The position numbers and the translations under genes were made by a program. A stretch of 64,000 nucleotides of DNA from Chrysomallon squamiferum (taxonomy: Eukaryota; Animalia; Mollusca), in the NCBI GenBank assembly GCA_012295275.1, contig CM022673.1, positions 21,452,001 through 21,516,000 on the forward strand, read 5' to 3'. This document shows positions 14,583 to 25,656 of this stretch, in pieces (the first letter of the stretch is position 1; every line of letters starts with the position of its first letter). Under the pieces are notes generated by a model, which ran no database searches, was not told where the DNA came from, and saw only the letters and a program-made list of their open reading frames with translations.

Positions 14583-17500
14583 AAGAAGAAGAAGAAGAAT
14601 AATAATGATTATGATGATAATGATAACTACATTAAATTAGCAGTAGCTGCAGTTGTAATAGAAGTAATAAGTTTTTAGTGTTCACTAGATCGTGAAAAGT
14701 AGGTAACCTTAGCACGTTTAAATAAACTATAATAATATCCTGCTGTTTTAAACTATTTATTTAAATAACAAAAGGCTTGTAAATGTTTTAAATTCCAAAG
14801 ATCATTATTCCGATTTAATAATTTTAAGCTTGTTGACTAATAAATGATTTAAATATTTTGTTACAGGTTTATTGCATCATTAGTAAATAAAATTGCTAAC
14901 GAAAATTCCGAGCGAAACTGTCTGAATCAATTGCTAAACAAAACAGTATTCATAACATTCTGAACTTTTTGTAATTTAATATGAAAGTAATTATGTTATC
15001 TGCATATATTTATAAAAGCATTCATTACGTCACTTGCTTGGAATAACTAGCTTGAGAGATCTATCAAAGGTCACTTGAATTTCAGGCTGGGAAGTGTAAA
15101 CATGTCTACCTCAAACAACTGCAGTTGAAATTCTGATCCATTTTGAAATACTGATAAATATTAATAAAACGTTAGTAAGGAGACAACACTGAGTAATGAA
15201 CTATTCAAGAAATCAACATTACTTAAACAATGGAACTTTTGTAAAACTGTACTAATTCAGTGATTTACATTAAACCGTGATGAAAACCGAAACAGAATCA
15301 ACATGTCCCAGAAGAACATTATCTCTAAAAAGAAGACTGTCTAGTCAGAAAAAAAAAAAAAAAATACATAGGAACTACAACGAAGACACACCTACACTCA
15401 CTGTGATAGGCCGATGTTTTTTTCAGAACAGTAATCTAACTTAGCAACCAGAAGAGGAACCACGAGAGACAGACACATACACACAGGCATACGCATATAT
15501 ATGTGCATGTATACGTATTATACACGAACGAATAAAAACATACAAACATGCATAAAATCAAATATTCACCAGTATAAAAAAAGAGGAGACAAATTATAAA
15601 CATACACTTACAAAAATAACAACCAACTCAAACATATACGCATACACAAGTTCAGGCAGGTATATTACCATGTTCAGGCAAACGTACATAAGCAAACACA
15701 GCCCACGCAAATAGTATGGTAACACAGGCAACACAACTGTATATACATAAACAACAGATGCACAAAGAAGCAAAGAAACCCGATCTACATAAATACAAAC
15801 GTATATGCACATGAACAAACACAAAAAGAATGAGTCAGAAAATCACACGTACAAAGAAAACAGCACATAACTAGAAACCAACCCAGACCTAGAGCCACAC
15901 ACACACTCACACACTCAAATACACACAAACACACTCACACACAGACACACTCACACACACACTCAATCACACACACACTCACACACACAGACACACACAA
16001 ACACACACACAAACAGACACACGCACACAGACACACACACACACAAACAGACACACGCACACACACACACAAACACATACACACACAAACAGGTACACAC
16101 ACACAGATACACACACACACACTCACACAAACACACACACACACTCTCACACACACACACTCACACACACAGACATACACAAACATACACACAAACACCC
16201 ATACCCCCCCACACACACTCAAACACACACACTCATACACAAACACACACACACATACTGTGACATACACAATCATTTATGTACATAAATATGCTTATTC
16301 GTATTAACGAAAACATTTATGCCTTTTCTTTCGTACGTACGTACATACACACACATATGTATATTTACACACACACACACATATATGCATATGTATTATA
16401 TAAACAAGTACTCAGAGACATACAAACATAAAGAAGAATCAAGTATACACCGACAAACATGTATAATTCATACTGACATAAAAGCATTTTCTGCCTTTTG
16501 TGTTTCTTTGTGCAGTTTTCTAATTTAAGATAAATAGTATTTCAACTTTCCCACCTGAGTTAAAATTTTGTCTTATCATCCTCTACTAGTTTTACTTGCA
16601 GTTTTACCCTCGTCTTTTAAAACACAATCCAATTAGTTCTAATTATATTTTACTCCATAATGAAATATTTAAGATGAAATGTGAGGACCTCATAATTGTA
16701 GTTGCATTGCTCAGAACGTAGAAAGAACATTTTTCTGTTGTGTTAAGTCAATGAATTGTCTAAAACGGAAGCAAAACTTCTTTAATACTTCACACGAGTG
16801 TAGATGGGTACCAAGGTAATTACTGTCTGTACTGAATTTTTTAATTTCTTCATCTTTCGGTATGAATTGCAATGGCGAACAATTCTAATTGTTAAAACTC
16901 TTTATTTTAATCTAGAGTAGTTTTATCTCTCTTTGATATTTGTTTTTGTAAGTGTAAACATGTCTGATCAGTGTGAATCCGAGCCTGCACGTTCACGTCT
17001 GCTGACGCTTGGGGCAGGCCACTGACGTCCCGTGTCGCCCCGCCCGAGCTCTGAAATAAATATAAGTGTAAATCTAGCTTAGCACATTTAAATCAGTCGC
17101 TTTTGTCTGTCATAACTTTTGAAACAGATGAATGTTTGTGAACCTCAAGTCATGTGCTTCTTCATTTATGATCGTCTGACTCATACGTATGTCGTCTGTG
17201 ATGTTTATATATGTCTGTACGTTTTTGTATGCATGAAGCCATTACGTAATCGTGTGTGCTTATGGGAGTGTGTATGTATTATTGTATCTACGTACGTTTG
17301 TGTGTGTGTGTCTATGTGTATGTGCGTGAGTATGTGGTATAAACGGCTAACTCTGGTTAGTTCAAGAATTCTAATTAAAATCAAAGTATTCAGCTTATGT
17401 TAAATAAATATTCAGTTTGAAATAAAGAGATGACTGTGTTTCAGTTATTTTATAACAGTATTGTCGTTACAGTTGTTATTTCTTTTTGCTTTTATTCTTG

Positions 17501-19990
17501 TTGTTGTTGATGATTGTTTTTGGACTTTATTATCTAGTTGTTTTTCTGTAGGAGGTTGCCCTCTGTTTTCACTTTTTTCTACTTCAGTTTTTCTATTTTC
17601 TTTCTTCTTCACCATCTCTATCATTATCATGGTCATCATCAACATCTTCGTGTTTTTCTTGTTTGGTTTTATCTTCTTATGGAAATGGAAATGGAAAAAA
17701 ATGAACGTGCTAATCAGAGCAAGCCTTTGTGAAGCACGTCTGCGACGGGCACGCTTTCTGACAGGTCAGCGGGCGTGTCCGTCGCAGAATCTTCTTATTA
17801 TTGTTATCTATTTTTATACTCAATAACTGGTGATGCTGTTGAAAGCCTGTGTTTCTCAAAACTGCTGTTTTACACGATATTGTTTTTAACATCTCTGCAC
17901 TTTTTCCTTACTCCTCCGGCAGTACGATCTGTCATGTAACTAGCAATTAAATCTGTAATGAAGACATCACTGTCACTGACATGATTAATCTGTTAATTAT
18001 CAACACGACCCGCCTTTCAGATTCAATCATTTTAAAGTCTATATCGAGAAATACGACACGTGTTCTTTTGTCTTTCAGTGATCTTTTAAAATATACTGAA
18101 AGGTCCCATTTCAGAAGAAGAGAGAAGATTAATGTTTTTAAATGTCAACTAATCTGAATACAATATATGTATGTATGTATGTTTGTATGCATGTATGAAT
18201 GTATGTATGTATATATTTATTTATGTATGTATGTATGTATGTATGTGTGTATGTATGTATGTATGTACGTGTGTATGTGTGTATGTATGTATGTATGTAT
18301 GTACCTGTGTATGTATGTATGTATGTATGTATGTATGTATGTATGTATGTACGTGTGTATGTATGTATTTATGTATGTGTTTATGTATGTGTTAATGTAT
18401 GTATGTATGTATGTATGTATGTATGTATGTATGTATGTACGTGTGTATGTGTGTATGTATGTATGTATGTACCTGTGTATGTATGTATGTATGTATGTGT
18501 TTATGTATGTATTTATGTATGTGTTTATGTATGTATGCATGTATGCGCGCTCGTGTGTTTACTTGTGTGTGTGTGTGTGTGTAAATAAATGTATTTATAT
18601 ATGTATATAAAGGAGTCTGAGTATGTATGAAGGTAAATGCTTTATATGTTCTTAGCTCTGGGCTGCTCGCGGCAAATTATTGTTAGAAAGTGAACTCACT
18701 GTCACATTCACGTTATTAAAACAATTTTTAAAATAATTTAATATACTTTCACAACATAAAATGGATATTGAATCAACGTACGAAAGAAAAGAGTGCACTC
18801 CATTTTAAATCTTCATTTTCTTTTCTTTTTTCTTCATTTAAGAAACATTAATAAATTTTAAAAATAAATAAATTGATAAAAATAAATTTAAAGCTGCGTG
18901 CGTAGTTACCCTCGGCGCAACAAAATCAAGGAAGACAATCATTTGTTTATGTCATTTAACTGTGAGAGTAACGAGCCTTGGGCGTGAAGCAGACGTCAAA
19001 CAAATCAATATCGTGCAGTTTATTTAGAAGGCAGTTATTTTAATTTACACACATCCGATTCTGTCGCAGTTCAACAGTGCAATTTCAAACATCCAGCATT
19101 TACACTCAGAGCGAGTACAATCATTTCAGTTCACGACGCTTTTAATTAATTTATTTATATTTTAATTTATTTATTAGTTGAGGTATCGATATATTTTGAT
19201 TCTTTAGTTATTAATTAAAATCAAAATGCTTAGTATTTTTTAATCAGTGAATGTATGCATGTGTTTATGTCTGTGTGTCTGTCTATATTTGTCTTTTAGT
19301 TCTAGTATATGTATGAATGGATGGATGTACGTACGTATATATCTGAATATGTCTGTTTGTATGAATGTGTCTGCGTATATATATTTGTATGTATGTATAC
19401 ATGTAAACATGCATCATACAAAGTAAATAAAAATTAACAAGCATATACAATTAGCAAACATAAGTTGAATGTGATATACAACAAATTTGAATATAAATCA
19501 TCATAAATCATTTTATGTGAAGAAAAAAAGACATTCAGTTTGCTTTAACTTCCTTAATTATATTAGTATCCAGTAATTTTTATCTCCGTATATTTCACAT
19601 CTGTAACCTTAACTGTCAGATTCGTATTTTCTGTATTTTCTTTACGTGTAATAATTATGTTTTGTTTTAAAGATGTTTTACGAATACGTCATAACATATA
19701 AATTTTGTCTTTTATTCTCATTTATTTCAAGTATTTATTATTATTATTTTTTTGATTGGTTTCGTTATTATTATTATTATAATTATTATATATGTTGATT
19801 TGTAATAGTTATTACTGCTGTTGTTGTTGTTATTATTATTTATGCCATTATTATATTTCATTGTTAATCTCACAGTTATTTTTACAAGATAAATATATAA
19901 ACATCGCAGGAACATCTTACCTTGATTTTCAGAAATTATTCCAATAGCGCATCCTAGAAAACAAACAAATATATATCTTAATCCGAACAT
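4963..19990 (-). CDS. ADAMTS-like/reprolysin (M12B) zinc metalloprotease, paralog B: signal peptide, prodomain, catalytic domain, disintegrin-like domain, 4 PLAC-like modules, hydrophobic C-terminus, no TSP1
   Basis: In-frame exons 19990-19921 ([23 protein letters not shown], signal), 13350-13136, 12756-12664, 12223-12100, 11670-11550 (furin site RSRFRR), 10975-10900, 10553-10476, 10205-10057 (HDHVMLFTG), 9653-9610, 9438-9327 plus 9029-8859 (HELGHS|LGAEHD zinc motif, Met-turn YIMA), 8393-8258, 7730-7611, 7157-7106, 6569-6420, 6021-5698, 5234-4963. All GT-AG. AATAAA (-) at 4873-4868. The link to the signal exon is inferred from phase compatibility. Confidence 0.92.
8005..8160 (+). mobile_element. 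Degenerate SINE 3' region
   Basis: GTCCTTAACCATATGTCTGGTGCCATATAA...AATGTGTTGAACGTGTTGTAAAATGAAATATTT resembles the 3' end of a tRNA-derived gastropod SINE as I recall it; not database-checked. Confidence 0.5.
9105..9322. repeat. (ATT/ATG/GTT)n trinucleotide microsatellite filling the intron that splits the zinc-binding motif
   Basis: Directly visible between the exon boundaries at 9327 and 9029. Confidence 0.95.
9775..9875 (-). mobile_element. Degenerate tRNA-derived SINE head
   Basis: On -: A-box-like TAGTCGTTCTGTGGTTAG, B-box-like GTTCAGTCC, then CGTTCCAACCAG; GTTCCAACCAG also occurs at about 11848 on +. Confidence 0.4.
11103..11517. repeat. Compound (CA)n/(CT)n microsatellite
   Basis: Directly visible. 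Confidence 0.96.
11815..11956 (+). mobile_element. Degenerate SINE central region
   Basis: GTTCCAACCAG...TGGCTTATAAAAGATCGTAGCATGT...TACAAAAGATTTCTTCTTGCTAGTAGAAAA; shares the GTTCCAACCAG motif with the 9775-9875 relic. Family recalled, not searched. Confidence 0.4.
11957..12095 (+). mobile_element. Tc1/mariner (Tigger/pogo-like) DNA transposon end fragment
   Basis: TA followed by TAGTGCTACCTTGACTTACGAGTTTAATTCGTTTCGTGACCGAGCTCGTAACTCAA, matching the CAGTGGTACCTCGACTTACG-type terminal repeat. No partner TIR seen. Confidence 0.6.
14521..14625. repeat. (AAT)n(AAG)n compound microsatellite
   Basis: Directly visible. Confidence 0.95.
15895..16270. repeat. Degenerate (CA)n microsatellite
   Basis: Directly visible. 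Confidence 0.95.
17003..17098 (+). promoter_or_regulatory. Promoter-like motif cluster, antisense within intron 1 of protease B
   Basis: TGACG 17003-17007, TGACGTC 17023-17029, GC box CCCCGCCC 17038-17045, TATAAG 17061-17066 and Inr-like TCAGTC 17093-17098 in a CpG-rich patch. Confidence 0.4.
17731..17794 (+). ncRNA. GC-rich RNA hairpin, pre-miRNA-like candidate
   Basis: 17739-17761 pairs with 17766-17788: 19 Watson-Crick pairs, 3 G-U, 1 mismatch; basal GAAG/CTTC extension. The wobble pairs only work on +. Confidence 0.4.
18165..18585. repeat. (TATG)n tetranucleotide microsatellite
   Basis: Directly visible; source of the MYVC ORFs. Confidence 0.97.
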
Positions 19991-20311
19991 AACTGGTTTA
20001 AAGTATACATTGAAAGAACGATCACATTCAATGTATGAGACGGTGCACAAGACCCAGGACCAAACAGGTGACACTTCTGTCGACAAATCTGTCAATCATC
20101 TAAGCTGTCAATCACAGAGCTTTACGTAGACATTAGGGCAAGGACGAGTCCGTGTTTTGGACCGACCGCATGAGGAGTGTGCTACAGTCTCCACAGAACG
20201 AACCGTGTTTTCACAGTACACTGTCCTTTTAACCAGATGAATAAATACAAAATATGTTCACGCCTCAGTTTTCTTGTTTTGTTTCACGCGTTGAACGTCT
20301 CTGGATCATTA

Positions 20312-20319
20312 TTTATATA
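20312..20319 (-). promoter_or_regulatory. Candidate TATA box of protease B
   Basis: TATATAAA on -, about 320 bp upstream of the signal-peptide ATG, beside a CpG-containing stretch. Confidence 0.4.
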
Positions 20320-21268
20320 AACAAATATAGGCTCTGTAATTAGAATAATGGATATTTTGTAGAATAATGTATATTTTGGATGTAACAAAGGTGTCATTCT
20401 GACTTCTTTAAATGGGTTCATCCGCTTAAAAGTTGCGCACGCAAAAAACATTATTTATACAATTCAGTTATACCCTACCACTATTCCGAAACATTGCTTT
20501 TGGATTATTAAATTAAAATAAGATAAACACTGTACGCTCCAACTCATTAACATATTAAAGAACACATATCAATCATAACCTTCTTGTCTGCGTAAGATGT
20601 TCGGAATAGTTGCACCCTAAATCATTCTTACTGTGTTATGGTCATTAATTTTCATTAGCGAACAGTTTATCTGGAAGGAGAAAGGTTAAGGTGATAATAA
20701 TTTCTTTAATAAAATTATTATTGAAAATTATTCTTAAGTATACAAAAGTTTTAAATGGCAATTGATACGCAGTAGATTAAAATGAATAGTCGTTTACATG
20801 CGTTTTTCATGACGTTTGTTTTTATGAACGCGTTCTGAATTAAAATACATGCTATGAATTTAATTGTAGAATTACATGATAAAAACTTCAATTCTTTATC
20901 AGTTATATATATGACTGCTGAAAAATACTCAAATATTTTATACTGTATTTCCGAAATTTCGGGTGGCAGGGAAAAATAATAATAAAACAAAATTTAAAAC
21001 GATACTCACAAAAAAAAAAAAAAAAAATTAATAATAATAATAATTACTAATTTTTCCTTTTCCTTTTTTCTTCTTTTCTAAATTTTCTTATTTGTAGTTT
21101 GCTTTCAAAATATTGGTAACGTTTGTTTGTATTGTTTATCGACAAATGTGTATTTGATGAATCTTTGTTCTTTTAACATATCCTGATGAATGTGCACGCA
21201 ACAAACCGACTTATCAAACATTTTCAAATTTAAATTCAAAAAGTAACCTAAAATAACATTTATATGAA

Positions 21269-21271
<3 letters not shown>

Positions 21272-21334
<63 letters not shown>

Positions 21335-21430
21335 GTATATGATTATCCGTGTTGTAAAGTTTAGTTCCAGACATTTTTGCGTTTAAGGGAAATTATAATA
21401 ATAATGATAATGAAAATGATGATGATGATG

Positions 21431-21496
<66 letters not shown>

Positions 21497-21520
21497 GTAA
21501 CAACAACAACAACACCACCA
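21272..21520. repeat. (AG)n and (AAT/GAT)n microsatellites
   Basis: Directly visible. Confidence 0.95.
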
Positions 21521-24500
21521 GTCATGAATGGTTTACAAACTTGTTATTCGTGCAATATTTTCATGAGTCAATCACAAATATAATAAACTAAAAATATTAC
21601 ACATAATTTAGAAGAAAAATAATATACATATATTTGTACAAATTAATGTTTTCAGTAAAATTGTGAAAATATACTGTACAGTGTTAACAAATATGTTTTA
21701 ACACAGATGTAAGTCAGTGAGGTATACTGTATATAATAATATGTATACTGGGCAATACACAACAAACTAGTCAAACATACAAGATTATAATTAGTAATAT
21801 TCAGTGTTATGATACTCATTTAATCCGGTACTCAGACACTCACACTCAAAAGTTATTTGTCAAACCAACTTCTTGCATGTGATTAAATTGTTTTGCTAGA
21901 ATAGTTTATATTCTAAATCATAACAGAGGCTGTGTTATTGGACAAGATACAAGTAATTGTTTAATCTGCAACAACCTATGCCATGTGCCAGACAAGAGTT
22001 GTGCCCCTTAGTGTTTGTCACACACAAACAACCCTCCCAACAGAAAGTAGTATTGCAAATGATAAATGTACAAAATTGCAAATTGTTATGAATTTTGGGA
22101 TACTTTAATTATTACAAAATTTAGTATTTCAAATTGGTATTTTTAAAGTTATGAGGAAGATAATTCAGTATTCAATGTACATTTGATAAGGATCTTGACT
22201 AAGCATTTTTATAAATACATTCAAAACAGAATGAAAACTGGAGTACATTCATCAAAATATTCCCTATAATTATTAACAGTATCTGCAATAAATAAACATC
22301 CTAAAGAATTAATCTTCAATCTTAAAAGTCCCTCATATCAGTAAAATAATAGTTATGGTGTAATAGGCCAGTGAATTAAGCATACACTTCATGATAAATC
22401 TGAAGCTGTGTTAAGTTGAAGTTCAGTTGGCAACATACATAAAAGACACTAACTGGAATTCTTTATCTCAGTTCCACTATAAACTGACAAAAGATGGATT
22501 GACTGACCAACGAACCAATAAATCAACCATCTTTCTCTCCATTATACTTTTTAAATATTTAGTTTTTATATATAGTAATGTATCTTTGAACTCTGATTTG
22601 TCTAAATAACTTGTTTTGCTGGCATTAAAACTGAATTATACATCAGGCAAAATGTACAACATTAATATATGGCTAAGGATACACAGAAGTAATAAAAATA
22701 TTGAATGTAAGAATTGTTTTACAAAAATAATTAAAATCAAAATGTCACTGTACAAAATTTATAAAGTGACAGGCAACAAAATAAATAAATAAATAAAAAC
22801 TGTTAAATCAACATACAGAATAATTCAACATGATAAATGAAAAGAGTTATTTTTAAATAACAACATTTTAATGACTTGCAATTTTCAAACAGGTACAGTA
22901 ATTTGCTGATGTTGTATGCTAATGTTAACTTTGTAATTTTGGCTTTTGCAATGAGCTGAAAATGTGAAAATTAAATCATACAGAAATTAAAATATTTTAT
23001 AATTTTACAATTTGCATTGTGCAAGTTATTTTATATATGTCCATTATATGCTGTGTATTATAAATTATCAGTACATTAATCTATGATTTATAGGTGAACG
23101 TTTTCAGATAGTTTGATTAGATGCTATCAATGATAAGACAAGGTTAGTTTTCTTTCATTAACATTTCATTCTGTACAGCTGTTTATAGCACGCTTTACAG
23201 TTCCTTAAGAAACAATACACAATACAAGTTTAAATAAAATATTAGAGATCAGTTGATAAACAACATATAAAACAAAAACTGGTGTAATACATCAACTTCA
23301 AGCTTATGTTTCACAAAGATTAAAATCTGTATTTTACAATTTTATTGACCAAATTTTCAAAAGTTAATAAAATATTGTTAAAAAAAAATCATAAAAATTA
23401 TATGAATTCATTCAAGTTTAATTTACATCAAACAGAATTATATTTTCACTTGGTTTTTTTTTTGTAACAAAATCATTAATAAAAGGAAAACCTCAATTTT
23501 AAACATGATGGTGTTAAATACTACAAACAGATTTTCATTTTTTTAAATACTGTTCAATATAAATTAATTTCATTTGTTTTGTAATTTTATAACTTTTGAA
23601 ACCTTTCGTTCTTATCAATATTTTACATCTACCCTTCACCGGTTGCTGTTTTTACATGAAATGCAAAAATCAATTCTTCATAAAATATGGTTAGTTTGAT
23701 TATAAATAATAACTCACCAAATATTCCATGGCACACATTTATAACACATTTCAAAAATGATCAAATTACAGTATTCAGGAAATTCTAATTTCCAACCTAC
23801 ACCTGCCAATTCCTACAAGCAGCAGCAGCTATCAATGCAATACAACTTACATACAAAACTTGAATGTAGAAAACAGGAATCAATTTTAAAATAAATTAAT
23901 GATTATACCACATTATGCATTCTACTGGTTTCAATGTTGTAGAGGATCTCTAGATAAAAACTGTTCTGCATGTTCTAAAGTTTTAAAAAACCCATTTACC
24001 ATTGTCTTTTAAAAATGCATTGCCAACACAACAATATCAGTATATAAAACAATTTAAAAATTATAAACAAATTTCATTTTATTTAATATTTCAAGAGTAA
24101 AATAAAAAGTCTTTAAAAATTTTAATCCAAAATCTTCAAAATTATTCATCTGCATTTCATATTAGAACATTTCAAATAAAATGAGCACAATTTGTATATA
24201 TGTAACACAGCTGATAATTATTATTGAAAATAAAAAGACAAACTCATACTCTTGTCACTTCATGCATACAAAGAATATTTACTTTATATATCCACATAAC
24301 TGGTACAGTGGGAGAAAATTCTTCTGATAGAATTGTTCTTAATTAACCGTGGGTTCATGTACACACAAGTACTGAGTATTAAGTCTCTAAACACAGTAAT
24401 AATAATAATAATAATATTAGTAGTAGTAGTAGTAGTAGTAAAAGAATATTTATTTTCAATATTGTGTTATCACAGCAAAAACAGTTTATTAAAAAACAAT

Positions 24501-25094
24501 ATACATTATACATAATATTATTTTAATTTTATTAACAAAACACTAGTTACAGAATACTTACTTTTTTCATTTTTTTTGTTTTTTTTTACAAATTTTAATA
24601 GTTGGTCCACATTATTAACTATAAATGATATGTTTTCATTTAATTTCAACTTTTGATTACACCACACTCTGATTCAACTTTCCCAAAACTACAAAACATA
24701 TCACTCATTCATTTGAAAACTTATTATTCTACTGCAGGCTTTTCAAAAAACATCAAAATGGAATGTAATTAGTTTATTTTTTACCTATCTTTTCTTTCTG
24801 ATTGAAAAAGAAAAGATGAATATGTTTTGGAGATAATAAAATTAAACTAATGATATAGCACAGTGATGTGGAAATTTGCTGTTACATTTTGCTAATGATA
24901 TTTTGAGTAATAGGTATGAAAAAGGTACTGAAATAATTTCACACATCAATTTGGTAATTTATTCATACATAATAATGGGACCAGTATCAAAGTTTTCTAA
25001 TTAGTTGTCAAGTCTTCAGTCATTTATTGTTATATTTATGCAAGTTTGTTTGCCAAAGTTTCTCCAGGACTCTGGGCTTTTTCATAAAGCTCAT

Positions 25095-25138
<44 letters not shown>

Positions 25139-25656
25139 CAAAACAAATTGAAAATTCACAGCAACAAAAGCGCTGAATATAAAGAAATAAACAGTATAGC
25201 AAAAAGGCGTATTTATATGTTTATAAAGCAAAAAAAAACTATACAGGATTCATTTTCGTCAAATAGTAATAATGGAATTCCTGAAGAGTTAGTTTGATGT
25301 GAACTACTTGACAGACAGTCACAGCAAACACTGGTCAGCTGTCTACACTTCTTTATCACAAGCCATCATCATTCATTCATATTTAACAAATGAGATTATT
25401 TTTTTTTTTGTTAAAAAAAAAAGTCCAAGATATAAAAATTATTACATCAGTATGCCTGTGTACACCTGCTACTGTGAAAACAACCTGGCTATCTCTATAT
25501 ATACTCATACATTACATATGGCAAACATAACCAAGCTCACAGGAAGAAAAGTAGGCACAAAATATAATGAATAGTGAATCCAAGGCATATGTAGCACAAA
25601 GTCTTGGAAAATCCTACAATTTTGATCTATTGTTATAAAAAAATAAAAAAATAAAA

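Noticed and set aside
17461-17826. 121-aa hydrophobic ORF spanning the hairpin
   Set aside because: TTG start, T-rich low-complexity sequence, no recognisable motif.
21183-21210. CTGATGA as a hammerhead ribozyme core
   Set aside because: No properly placed GAAA and no convincing stems.
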